Assembly: GCA_963830455.1 (NCBI GenBank) | Contig: CAWHMT010000001.1 | Location: forward strand, 179,982 to 243,981 | DNA from: an uncultured Gemmatimonadales bacterium | GTDB lineage: Bacteria; Gemmatimonadota; Gemmatimonadetes; Gemmatimonadales; GWC2-71-9 | Length of the DNA: 64,000 bases | Reading direction: 5' to 3' | Made by a program: the position numbers and the translations under genes | Part shown: piece by piece, positions 18,958 through 27,409 of the stretch | Layout of the letters: the number at the start of each line of letters is the position of its first letter | Numbering within the stretch: the stretch's first letter is position 1 | Notes under the pieces: generated by a model | Seen by the model: the letters and a program-made list of their open reading frames with translations, nothing else | Told to the model about the DNA's origin: nothing | Databases searched by the model: none

Positions 18958-19893
18958 TCAGTCGGCGGGTCGACCGGCGGGCAGCGATCCGCACTTGGTC
19001 ATTCCCTCATACATGCGGACGTAGCTCTCGGCCATCTTCAGATGCGTGAAGTGCCGCTCGGCGCGCGCGCGGCATGCCTCGGGGGAACGGGTGCCGATGG
19101 TTTGCGCAGCCTTGATCATCTCGTCGAGCGTCGCGCTGATCGCGCCCACCTCCGGGGTGAGGATCTCGGGCAGCGCCCCGCGTTTTGTGCCGAGCACCGG
19201 CGTGCCCGAAAACAACGCCTCGATCGTGGGAAGGCCGAACGGCTCGTCCCACTGTGCCGGCATCCACAGGCAGCGTGCGCGCGCGAGCAACACCGCTTTG
19301 CGCTTGCCGCCCACCTCCCCGACGTACTTGATCCCGCCGGTGAAGCTGGGGCGCCAGCCGCCGGCGATGATCAGGGAACGGCCGGTGCGCTTCGCTGCGT
19401 CCACCGCCCACTGATACCCGCGGTCGCTGTGCAGCTTGCCCAGGAACAGATCCCACTTTTCTTTGCGCCCGCGATAGATGTACTCGGCGGGATCGAGTCC
19501 GTTGTAGACGAACGCCGTGCTGCCATGGCGTGCCGCATGGTCGCGGGACAGGAAAATCGTGTTGGGAGGAAGCGGCGTGTCCGGTTTCCAGTTGCTGTGC
19601 AGCGTTTGGACGAACGGCAACCCAGTCGGGCCCTGTTTCAGCGGAAAATGCGCATGCAGGATGTCTACGTTGTCCGGAAGGAATTTCTTGAGATCGACCG
19701 TGGCGTCTTTGAGGAGCCGTGGCGCGACCTCGACGATCTTCGCGGCTTCGGCCACCTTCGTCCCCGGCTGCGCCAGCAGCGTGACGCGATGGCCGAGCGC
19801 GGCGAGCGCGCGAACCAGCGCGACGACGACGCGCTGCGGTCCGCCGTAGCCTTCGACCGGGAGCCGGTGATAGGAAGCAACTACGACGTGCAT
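18958..19893 (-). CDS. glycosyltransferase family 4 (tandem paralog A2)
   Basis: 311 aa, ..LLARARCLWMPAQWDEPFGLPTIEALFSGTPVLGTKRGALPEIL. It abuts paralog A1 with 0-nt spacing. Confidence 0.85.
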   Translation of the reverse strand: MHVVVASYHRLPVEGYGGPQRVVVALVRALAALGHRVTLLAQPGTKVAEAAKIVEVAPRLLKDATVDLKKFLPDNVDILHAHFPLKQGPTGLPFVQTLHSNWKPDTPLPPNTIFLSRDHAARHGSTAFVYNGLDPAEYIYRGRKEKWDLFLGKLHSDRGYQWAVDAAKRTGRSLIIAGGWRPSFTGGIKYVGEVGGKRKAVLLARARCLWMPAQWDEPFGLPTIEALFSGTPVLGTKRGALPEILTPEVGAISATLDEMIKAAQTIGTRSPEACRARAERHFTHLKMAESYVRMYEGMTKCGSLPAGRPAD

Positions 19894-19922
19894 CGGAGTC
19901 CCAGTATAACTAGCTTCGGAAC

Positions 19923-21062
19923 ATGCCGGGGAGCCTGAGCACCAAGGGCGGGGGAGTCAGGCTGACACTCCTGCAGCTCACGCATCAGGGCGAGGGCGCT
20001 GGCTCCACACAATCTATTTTCAGTTTGAGTCGCGAGCTGGCGCAGCGCGGTCACCGCGTGTTGGTCGGATGCCCTCCGGGCACGTTGCTCGCCCGCAATG
20101 TCGCCGCGAATCCGCCACTGGAATACGTGCCGCTCGATTTTTCTTCGCTCCGCGGGGTCGCGAACGCGCTCGCCGGCCTGATCGCCGACGCCCGCGTCGA
20201 CGTCGTGAATAGCCACGCCACGGGCGATCGCCGCGCTCTCACCTGGCTGCGGTGGCGCGGCCGCCTGCAGCAGCCGTTTGTCGTCACGCGGCGCACGATG
20301 CCCCTCACCCTGCCGCCCGAGCTCATCGCCGTCGGGTTCACCGCCGACCGCACGATTGCCGTCAGCGCCGCGGTCGCGAGCGCACTGCGCCGGCGCCTCC
20401 ACCCGCGGCGCCGCCTGCGCGTCGTGCCGAATGGCATCGATCTGGCACGCATCGAAGCGGAGCCACTGCCGCAGGATCTGGCGGCGGCGAGCATGGCCCT
20501 CGGCGATTCCGGCCGCCCCGTCGTCGTCGTCGTCGCGCGTCGCAAAGATCAGCAGATCCTGCTGCGCGCGCTGCCGGCGCTCGAGCGTCCGGTCACCGTG
20601 GCGTTCGTCGGCATCCGTCCGGACGAGGAGCTGGCGGCCGCCGAGGCCGCCGTGCCCGACCGGCACCGGGTCGTGTTCGTGCCGTTCACAGAACGACCGC
20701 TCGCGTTCTACCGGCTTGCGACCATCGCGGCGCTGCCGTCGCGGATCGAGGGTCTGTCGCAGGCGCTGCTGGAGGCGATGGCGCTCGGCCTCCCCGTCAT
20801 CGCGTCGGCGGCGGGCGGCAATGCGGAGCTCATTTACCCGGGCGAAACCGGATTGCTGGTCCCGCCGCTCGATCCCGCCGCCTGGACCCGCGCACTCGAG
20901 CGGATGCTCGGCGACGACGAGTTTCGCCTGCACGTCGCGCGGGCGGGGCGCGCCCTCGCGCGGGAAGAGTTCACGATTCCGCGCACCGCCGAGCGGACCG
21001 AGTTGGTCTATCGGGAAGCCATCGAGCGGCGCCGATTGCTCGGAGGGGAACGTTCCCGTTAG
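19923..21062 (+). CDS. glycosyltransferase family 4
   Basis: 379 aa, LLQLTHQGEGAGSTQSIFSLSRELAQRGHRV.., PSRIEGLSQALLEAMALGLPVIASAAGGNAELI. Confidence 0.85.
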   Translation: MPGSLSTKGGGVRLTLLQLTHQGEGAGSTQSIFSLSRELAQRGHRVLVGCPPGTLLARNVAANPPLEYVPLDFSSLRGVANALAGLIADARVDVVNSHATGDRRALTWLRWRGRLQQPFVVTRRTMPLTLPPELIAVGFTADRTIAVSAAVASALRRRLHPRRRLRVVPNGIDLARIEAEPLPQDLAAASMALGDSGRPVVVVVARRKDQQILLRALPALERPVTVAFVGIRPDEELAAAEAAVPDRHRVVFVPFTERPLAFYRLATIAALPSRIEGLSQALLEAMALGLPVIASAAGGNAELIYPGETGLLVPPLDPAAWTRALERMLGDDEFRLHVARAGRALAREEFTIPRTAERTELVYREAIERRRLLGGERSR

Positions 21063-21072
21063 ACTACGGAAC

Positions 21073-21834
21073 ATGCCTCCGCTCCAGCGTCCGGCTCCAC
21101 TCACCGTCGTGATTCCCACGCTGAACGAAGCGAGTCAAATCGGCGATTGCGTGAGCGGGCTCTCCTGGGCAGGCGAAGTGATCGTGGTGGACGCCGGATC
21201 GCAGGACGAGACGGCAGCCAGGGCACTGGCGGCGGGGGCCCGGGTGCTCAACGGCGTCGCGGGCATCGCGGCGCAACGCAATGCCGGGATCGAGGCGGCG
21301 CGCAACGAGTGGGTGTTTGCGCTCGACGCCGATGAGCGCATCGGACCGGCGCTCGCCGCCGAGCTCGCGCAGGTGGTGGCCGCTCCACAGCACGAGGCCT
21401 ATCGCGTGAAGCGGAGGAACCTGTTCCACGGTCACGTGCTGCGCCGCGGCCATTGGGGACGGGACTGGGTGGTGCGGCTGTTCCGGCGCGGCAGGCGGTT
21501 CGGCGGCAAGTCGGCGCATCCCGGCCTCGAGATTGCCGAGCGCGAGCAGGGCGAGCTGACCAATGAGCTGGACCATACCCCCTACAAAGACCTGCGGCAT
21601 CACATCGACAAGATCATTGCCTACAGCCGGATGAGCGCCGACGACCTCGCGGCGCAGGGCCGGCGCGCGTCGTTCAGCGACGTGGCGCTCAGGCCCGCGT
21701 TCCGGTTTCTGCGCGATTACGTGCTGTACGGCAGCTTCCTCGACGGCCGCCTCGGCGTGATTCACGCCGGGATGAGTGCGGCGTCCGTGTTCTTCAAGTA
21801 TGCTTTTCTCTGGGAGAAACAACGCGTTGGCTAA
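21073..21834 (+). CDS. glycosyltransferase family 2
   Basis: ATG at 21073 gives MPPLQRPAPLTVVIPTLNEASQIGDCVSGL..VIVVDAGSQDETA..ALDADERI (GT2 DxD region). 253 aa. The upstream part of the 518-aa track ORF is an alternative-frame shadow of the GT4 gene. Confidence 0.85.
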   Translation: MPPLQRPAPLTVVIPTLNEASQIGDCVSGLSWAGEVIVVDAGSQDETAARALAAGARVLNGVAGIAAQRNAGIEAARNEWVFALDADERIGPALAAELAQVVAAPQHEAYRVKRRNLFHGHVLRRGHWGRDWVVRLFRRGRRFGGKSAHPGLEIAEREQGELTNELDHTPYKDLRHHIDKIIAYSRMSADDLAAQGRRASFSDVALRPAFRFLRDYVLYGSFLDGRLGVIHAGMSAASVFFKYAFLWEKQRVG

Positions 21835-23005
21835 AACTTTTCTGTTGACCAGCGAGTTCCCGCCCATGCAGACCGGCATCGCGCGGATGATGGGCGAGCT
21901 GACGCTCCGCTATCCGCGCGGCGAGCTGCTCGTCTCCACCGGCCAGCACCGCGACTCCCAGGATTCCGACGTGCGGTTCAGCGGCGCGGTGGTGGACCGG
22001 TTGCCGGTGCCGAGCAAGGCGCTGCGCAATCTCGCGGGACTGCTGTTCTGGTCGCGCCGCGTCGCGACGCTCGCCCGCCAGCACAAGCCGCGCTTCGCCT
22101 GGTGCGACTCCATCCGTCCCTGCACCTACCCGGCGAAATGGATGCACGAGCGCGTCGGGACGAAGTACGGCGTGTTCGTGCACGGCGGTGACCTCCTGAA
22201 AGAGCTGCACGCCATCCATCACTCGCGGTTCGCGCGCAAGACCGCGAAGGCGCTGCTCGGCTCGGCGGTCGCCGTGGTCGCGAACAGCCAGTGGACGCGC
22301 GAGCAGGCGCAAAAGGTCCTGCGCGAGCTGGGGCTCGATCCGCTCGCCGAGCTGGTGCGGGTCGTCCCGCTGGGGACCGACCCCGAGCAGTTCCGCCCGG
22401 GCATCGACACGCAGGCCGTGCGCGCGCGCTACAACGTGAACGGGGGCGAGTGGGTGCTCACGGTGGCGCGGCTCGAGCCGTACAAGGGCGTCGACACGGC
22501 ATTGCACGCGGTGGCGCAGTGCCGCAAAGACGGCCTGGACGTGAATTACCTCGTGGTCGGCAGCGGCAAGAAGCGGAAAGAATACCAGAAGCTCGCCGTG
22601 GAGCTGCGCATCGCCGATCACGTGCGCTTCGTCGGCAATGTGCCCGAGGCGGAGCTGCCCGCCGTGTTCAACATCGCGAACGCGTACGTCGGCGTCTCGC
22701 GCCGCGCCGACGGCTCGCGCGTCGAGGGATTCGGAGTCGCGCTGGCCGAAGCGAGCGCCTGCGGCCTCCCCGTGATCGCGGGCCAGTCGGGCGGCCTCGC
22801 CGAAGCGGTGCGTGATGGCGAGACCGGTCTCGTCGTGAATCCCGACGATCCGGCCGCGGTCGCGGCCGCGCTCAAGCGCCTGCTGGGCGATCAACTGCTC
22901 GCGCGCCGGCTGGGGCAGTCCGGCCGCAAGTCGATCGAGACCTACTACAACTGGGACCGTGTGATCCGCGACCTGCGGGACATCGAATCACAAGTCTCCT
23001 CCTAG
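21800..23005 (+). CDS. glycosyltransferase family 4 (tandem paralog B1)
   Basis: ..FLLTSEFPPMQTGIARMMGELTLRYP.., EGFGVALAEASACGLPVIAGQSGGLAEAV. Start is uncertain (ATG 21800, TTG 21827 or GTG 21776). Confidence 0.85.
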   Translation: MLFSGRNNALAKTFLLTSEFPPMQTGIARMMGELTLRYPRGELLVSTGQHRDSQDSDVRFSGAVVDRLPVPSKALRNLAGLLFWSRRVATLARQHKPRFAWCDSIRPCTYPAKWMHERVGTKYGVFVHGGDLLKELHAIHHSRFARKTAKALLGSAVAVVANSQWTREQAQKVLRELGLDPLAELVRVVPLGTDPEQFRPGIDTQAVRARYNVNGGEWVLTVARLEPYKGVDTALHAVAQCRKDGLDVNYLVVGSGKKRKEYQKLAVELRIADHVRFVGNVPEAELPAVFNIANAYVGVSRRADGSRVEGFGVALAEASACGLPVIAGQSGGLAEAVRDGETGLVVNPDDPAAVAAALKRLLGDQLLARRLGQSGRKSIETYYNWDRVIRDLRDIESQVSS

Positions 23006-23043
23006 CCTACAACTTCCCGCCGCACGGCGGCGGCATCGCCCGC

Positions 23044-24153
23044 ATGATGGGCGAGCTCGCGCTGCGATATCCGCCGCAGTCTCTCGTCGTATCGACCGGG
23101 GCGTACGAGCGCAGCGCTGAGAGCGACGCGCGTTTCCCCCAACCCATCGACCGCATCGGCGTGCGCGCCACGCGCCTCCGCACGATTCAGGGTCTGGCGA
23201 GGTGGACCTGGCGCGCGAGCACACTCGCGAAACAGTGGCGGCCCGGATTCACCTGGTGCGGCGAGCTGAAGCCGGCGGGGTATCCCGCGCGCTGGCTGAC
23301 CGCCCGTCATCGCATCCCCTATGCTGTCATCGTCTACGGGACCGAGCTGCTCCTGATCGACGCAAAAATCCGGCGCAGCCGCTTCAAGCGCCGTACCGCC
23401 GGCAGCATGCTCGGCAAAGCCGCGGTGCTCGTGGCGATCAGTCGCTGGACGGCGGATCTCGCGCGCGACGTGCTGGGCGTGCTCGAGCTCGACATTCCCA
23501 TCGAAACCGTGCCGCTGGGCACGACGCCCACGCATTTCAAGCCGGGCATCGACACACGCGCGCTGCGCGCGAAATACGGCTTGGACGGCGGTCCGTGGCT
23601 GTTGACGGTGGCGCGGCTCGAGTGGCACAAGGGCATCGACACGATGATGAAAGCGCTCCCCGCTGTGCGCGCGCGGCACCCCACCGCGCGCTACGCCATC
23701 GCCGGCGTGGGCGATCGTCTGCCGCAGCTCGAGCAGCTGCGGGAGAGCCTCGGGCTCGGCGACGCCGTGCGCTTGCTCGGCGCCGTCCCCGATGAGGAGT
23801 TGCCGGCGCTGTACAACGCCGCGGATCTCTACGTCGGCGCGTCGCGCCGCCACGATCTCCTCGCCGAGGGATTCGGGATCTCGCTCGTGGAGGCGTCGGC
23901 GTGTGGGCTCGCGGTGGTGGGCGGGCGCTCGGGCGGCGTGCCGGACGCGGTGCGGGAAGGGGAGACCGGCATTCTCGTCGATCCCGATGATCCCGCCGCC
24001 GTGGCGGCGGGCGTCATCGAGCTGTTGGCGAATCCGGAACGGCGCAAGCAGCTGGGGTTGGCGGGACGGCGGGCGGTGGAGACGTATTACAACTGGGATC
24101 GTGTGGTGCGAGATCTTCTGGAGATTGATCGACGATATAGATCGATGCCGTAG
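23044..24153 (+). CDS. glycosyltransferase family 4 (tandem paralog B2); conserved N-terminus extends upstream of the first canonical start
   Basis: MMGELALRYPPQSLVVSTG.., EGFGISLVEASACGLAVVGGRSGGVPDAV. In-frame upstream translation SLLLAYNFPPHGGGIAR matches paralog B1, but there is no ATG/GTG/TTG there. Only ATC 22987 or CTG 22951 is available. Confidence 0.8.
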   Translation: MMGELALRYPPQSLVVSTGAYERSAESDARFPQPIDRIGVRATRLRTIQGLARWTWRASTLAKQWRPGFTWCGELKPAGYPARWLTARHRIPYAVIVYGTELLLIDAKIRRSRFKRRTAGSMLGKAAVLVAISRWTADLARDVLGVLELDIPIETVPLGTTPTHFKPGIDTRALRAKYGLDGGPWLLTVARLEWHKGIDTMMKALPAVRARHPTARYAIAGVGDRLPQLEQLRESLGLGDAVRLLGAVPDEELPALYNAADLYVGASRRHDLLAEGFGISLVEASACGLAVVGGRSGGVPDAVREGETGILVDPDDPAAVAAGVIELLANPERRKQLGLAGRRAVETYYNWDRVVRDLLEIDRRYRSMP

Positions 24154-24174
24154 GGGCGCAGCATGCTGCGCCCC
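24153..24174. terminator. perfect 22-bp GC-rich palindrome between convergent genes (possible bidirectional terminator)
   Basis: GGGGCGCAGCATGCTGCGCCCC is its own reverse complement. It starts at the GT4 stop codon and ends 10 nt before the patatin gene stop. No U-tract on either side. Confidence 0.5.
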
Positions 24175-24183
24175 TACCCAACA

Positions 24184-25260
24184 TCATCCCGATCTCCGCA
24201 TCTCTTGCGCGTGGGCCGGCCGCGCGATGATCGCGTACGTCGGGCAGTGGCGGATGTAGCCGCCGTCCATCGGCGACCATTCCTGATCGGGCTGCGTCAC
24301 GACCGCCTTGCGCTCCGCGTCGAGGACGAACATGCCCTGCGGCCCGTGCACGAGGCAGGCGCCGCACCCGATGCAGCGCTCGCGCTCCACCCGCACCATC
24401 ACGCGCCGCTTCGGGAAGATCCCGACGTCGCCCGGCATCGGCCAATCGTCGCGGTCGAGCGCGGCGCTGGTCGCGCGGTAGCCTTCCTCGACTTCCTCAC
24501 GCAGGTGATCGAACGAGAACATCGTGACGTGCTCGACGCGCGGCTGGATATAGTAGACCGGCGGCGTCGTCCAGGTTTTGACGCGCTGCTCGAGCAGCGT
24601 CTGCATCAGGATTTCGGTCGCGCGCGCGAACACCCCCGCGAAGCCCTCGTCTTGCGCGTCGGCGGTGAGGACGCTCGAGGCCGAAACGTCCACGGCCACG
24701 ATCAGCTCCGGGCCGAGGGCGCGCGATGCGACGAAGGGCACGTTGGAGACGACCGCGCCATCGACGAAGAAGCGGCCGCCGATTTCGTGCGGCGGGAAAT
24801 AGCCGGGCAACGCGCACGAGGCGAACACGGCGTCCGCGACGCGAATGTCGTCGAGACCGGGGAGGCCCCAAAACACCTGCATCCCCGAGTTCAGGTCGAC
24901 CGTGTTGATGATGACCGGCGGATCGAGCTGCTGGAACGTCAGGTCGCCGACCGTGCGCGCGATCAGGTTCGCGAGCGGCTCGCGCTTGAACAGCGCGGGG
25001 GAGCGCATGCGCTTCAATGCCATATCGGCATGAGCGACGGCGAACACGTCCTTGCGCCGCAGGCTGAGCGCGATTTCGCGCAGCTTGGCGATCCCCACGC
25101 CCCCCGCCCAGGCGGCGCCCACCAGCGCGCCGACGCTCGACCCGATGATTCGGGTGGGCCGGTGCCCACGCTCGAGGAGTGCCTGGAGCACGCCGACGTG
25201 GGCGAGGCCTTTCATCCCGCCGCCGCCCAGCACGAGGGTGAACGGTGTATCGCGCTTCAC
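24184..25260 (-). CDS. patatin-like phospholipase fused to a C-terminal single-cluster ferredoxin domain
   Basis: TLVLGGGGMKGLAHVG (oxyanion loop), IIGSSVGALVGA (GxSxG), FVDGAVVSNVP (catalytic Asp). The C-terminus carries ERCIGCGACLVHGPQGMF...IRHCPTYAI (CxxCxxC...CP). I prefer the GTG at 25260, because the stretch up to ATG 25317 uses rare codons (TTA, ACT, CAA). Confidence 0.8.
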   Translation of the reverse strand: MKRDTPFTLVLGGGGMKGLAHVGVLQALLERGHRPTRIIGSSVGALVGAAWAGGVGIAKLREIALSLRRKDVFAVAHADMALKRMRSPALFKREPLANLIARTVGDLTFQQLDPPVIINTVDLNSGMQVFWGLPGLDDIRVADAVFASCALPGYFPPHEIGGRFFVDGAVVSNVPFVASRALGPELIVAVDVSASSVLTADAQDEGFAGVFARATEILMQTLLEQRVKTWTTPPVYYIQPRVEHVTMFSFDHLREEVEEGYRATSAALDRDDWPMPGDVGIFPKRRVMVRVERERCIGCGACLVHGPQGMFVLDAERKAVVTQPDQEWSPMDGGYIRHCPTYAIIARPAHAQEMRRSG

Positions 25261-25303
25261 AACCGTATCCGCTTGCCCGGGGAGTTGAGTCCCGAGTAAC
25301 GTA

Positions 25304-26161
25304 GTGAACACCCCCATGGCAGCGCCACTGTTTTGGTCACGACTCGCGCGAGATCCCTGGGCCCGCATTGGCCTGGCCGTAGTCGTTGTTCTCGCATTGC
25401 TGGCGCTGTTAGCTCCATGGCTGTCCCCCGGCGACCCCTCTCGCGGCGACCTCTCTGCAAGTTTGCATCCACCATCCGGCGCGTTTCTCCTCGGCAGCGA
25501 TTCGCAGGGCCGTGACGTGCTGTCCCGCGTGCTATACGGCGCCCGCCTCTCGCTCGCCGTCGGACTCATCAGCCAGAGCATCGCCCTGGTGCTCGGCGTG
25601 ACACTAGGACTCGTGTCGGGTTACTACGGCCGTTGGCTGGACGGCGTCATCATGCGGGTGGCCGACGTCACCCTCGCGTTCCCGTCCCTGCTGCTGTTGA
25701 TCGCCATCGCCGCCGCCGTGAAGCCGTCGCTTCCCGTCGTGTTCGTCGTCATCGGGATCGTGGGCTGGGCCGGCATGGCGCGCATCGTCCGCGGCCAGGT
25801 GCTGCTCGCGCGCGGGCTGGAGTACGTCCAGGCCGCGCGCGCGCTGGGCGCGTCCGACGTGCGGATCATCGCGCGCCACGTTCTCCCCAACGTGATCGCG
25901 CCGGTGATTGTTGCGGCGACGCTCGGTATCGGCGGCGCGATCATGGCGGAGGCGGCGCTGTCGTTCATCGGCCTGGGCGCGCAACCGCCCACCCCGTCGT
26001 GGGGCGCGATGGTGGCCGAGGGACGCGACCTGCTGCGTGTGGCGCCCTGGGTCTCGATCGCACCCGGCGTGGCGATCGGGCTCGCCGTCCTGGGTCTCAA
26101 CCTGTTGGGCGACGGCCTGCGAGACGCCCTGGACGTCCGCGGGCTCGCCCGCGTCACATGA
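25304..26161 (+). CDS. ABC transporter permease, DppC/OppC family
   Basis: 285 aa, ..LFWSRLARDPWARIGLAVVVVLALLALLAPWLSPGDP..GSDSQGRDVLSRVLYGARLSL.., EAALSFIGLGAQPPTPSWG. Start is GTG 25304 or ATG 25316. Confidence 0.85.
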   Translation: MNTPMAAPLFWSRLARDPWARIGLAVVVVLALLALLAPWLSPGDPSRGDLSASLHPPSGAFLLGSDSQGRDVLSRVLYGARLSLAVGLISQSIALVLGVTLGLVSGYYGRWLDGVIMRVADVTLAFPSLLLLIAIAAAVKPSLPVVFVVIGIVGWAGMARIVRGQVLLARGLEYVQAARALGASDVRIIARHVLPNVIAPVIVAATLGIGGAIMAEAALSFIGLGAQPPTPSWGAMVAEGRDLLRVAPWVSIAPGVAIGLAVLGLNLLGDGLRDALDVRGLARVT

Positions 26162-27348
26162 CCGACATCGCCTACCACCCGACCCACGTGCGCGCCCTGC
26201 GTGAGACGTTCAAGGCGCTGCGCACCGCGGAGTTTCCGTGGACGGCGGACACGGTCTATCTCAACAACGCGTCGATCGGGCCGATTCCCGAGCGCACGCG
26301 GCGCGCGCTCGACGAGTTCACCGCCAAGCGCACCGCGCCGCACCTGCTGCCCGATCGCGAGCTGTTTGCGGGGCTCGCGGCGGCGCGCCTCGGCATCGCG
26401 CAGCTGATCAACGCCGACCCGTCGGAAATCGCGCTCGCTACCAATACCGGCTTCGGATTGCACCTCGCCGCGCGCGCGCTCCCGCTCAAGCAGGGCGACA
26501 TCGTGCTGCTGTCGGACAAGGAGTTTCCGGCGATCGTCTACCCGTGGTTGCTGCTGCGCGAGCAGGGCATCACGGTCGAGATGGCGCGCTGTACGCCGCA
26601 AGGGTGGCCCGATGAGGCGCACCTGCTCGAACGGCTGCGCGACCCGCGCGTGAAGGTCCTCGCCGTCTCGTTCGTGCAGTTCTCGAATGGCTACCGCGCG
26701 GACCTGAAGAAGCTCGGCGCCGCCTGCCGCGCCAACGGGACCTACCTGGTGGTGGACGGCATCCAGGGCGTGGGCAACTCGGTGCTCGACGTGCAGGAGA
26801 CGCCCGTCGATATCCTCGCGTGCGGCGGGCAGAAGTGGCTGCTGTCGCCGTGGGGATCGGGATTCGTGTACGTACGCAAGGAGCTGGTCACGACGCTCGA
26901 GCCGATGATCACCGGTTGGATGGCGTTCGAAGGCACGGACGATTTCTCACGGCTCACCGAATACAATCCCACGTTCCGCTCCGATGCGCGCCGCTTCGAG
27001 ATGATCACCTTGCCATACCAGGATTTCGTCGGGATGACGGCGTCGCTCAGCCTGTTGCTCGAGGTCGGCGTGCGCGACATCGCCGAGGTGACGCGGGCGA
27101 TGCACGCGCCGATTGTGAAGTGGGCGCAAGCGAACGACGTGCGCATCACGTCACCGACGGAGAACGGACACCGCTCGGCGATTCTGTGCGTGGCGCCGCC
27201 GAAACCGGCCGAGGCGTACCATGGATTGAAGCGCGCGCGGGTCGTGTGCAGCCTGCGTGAAGGGGCAATCCGTCTCTCGCCGCACTGCTACAACACGGTG
27301 GAGGAGATGGAGAAGGTGATCGAGGTGCTGGAGGATCTACGGGATTAG
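26158..27348 (+). CDS. aminotransferase class V-fold PLP-dependent enzyme
   Basis: ATG at 26158 (ATGA overlap with the permease stop) gives MTDIAYHPTHVRALRETF..VYLNNASIGPIPE.., DILACGGQKWLLSPWGSGFVYVR (PLP-Lys region). 396 aa. Confidence 0.8.
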   Translation: MTDIAYHPTHVRALRETFKALRTAEFPWTADTVYLNNASIGPIPERTRRALDEFTAKRTAPHLLPDRELFAGLAAARLGIAQLINADPSEIALATNTGFGLHLAARALPLKQGDIVLLSDKEFPAIVYPWLLLREQGITVEMARCTPQGWPDEAHLLERLRDPRVKVLAVSFVQFSNGYRADLKKLGAACRANGTYLVVDGIQGVGNSVLDVQETPVDILACGGQKWLLSPWGSGFVYVRKELVTTLEPMITGWMAFEGTDDFSRLTEYNPTFRSDARRFEMITLPYQDFVGMTASLSLLLEVGVRDIAEVTRAMHAPIVKWAQANDVRITSPTENGHRSAILCVAPPKPAEAYHGLKRARVVCSLREGAIRLSPHCYNTVEEMEKVIEVLEDLRD

Positions 27349-27409
27349 GGTTGGGGACTCGGGGCTGGCGGGCTTCATGCCCTAGGCCCTAACCCGAGTC
27401 CCGAATCCC
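27341..27409. repeat. paired G-tract elements at a convergent gene junction
   Basis: Plus strand 27341-27373 reads GGGATTAGGGTTGGGGACTCGGGGCTGGCGGGC. Minus strand of 27380-27409 reads GGGATTCGGGACTCGGGTTAGGGCCTAGGG. GGGACTCGGG and CCCGAGTCCC can pair. The second element encodes the last about 10 aa of the membrane protein. Confidence 0.65.

Noticed and set aside
20278-21834. Large track ORFs 20278-21834 (518 aa), 25633-27348 (571 aa), 48350-50674 (774 aa), 32917-33849 and 53527-54366 as single genes.
   Set aside because: Their 5-prime parts are alternative-frame read-through of the preceding gene. Recognisable proteins begin at internal ATGs (21073, 26158, 48803, 33391, 53833) that overlap the upstream stop codons.
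13792-25260. PglZ domain (BREX), patatin (CBASS effector) and HNH nuclease (38696-39244) as possible parts of phage-defence systems.
   Set aside because: None is accompanied by the required partners: no BrxC/PglX/BrxL, no cyclase or CD-NTase, and no methyltransferase. Each sits in a housekeeping or glycan context.
25315-25318. Divergent patatin and permease genes appearing to share one CCATGG as overlapping start codons.
   Set aside because: The 19 codons between 25317 and GTG 25260 use rare A/T-ending codons (TTA, ACT, CAA, GAT, GTT) and precede the usual patatin N-terminus. GTG 25260 is the more likely start, leaving a normal short divergent spacer.
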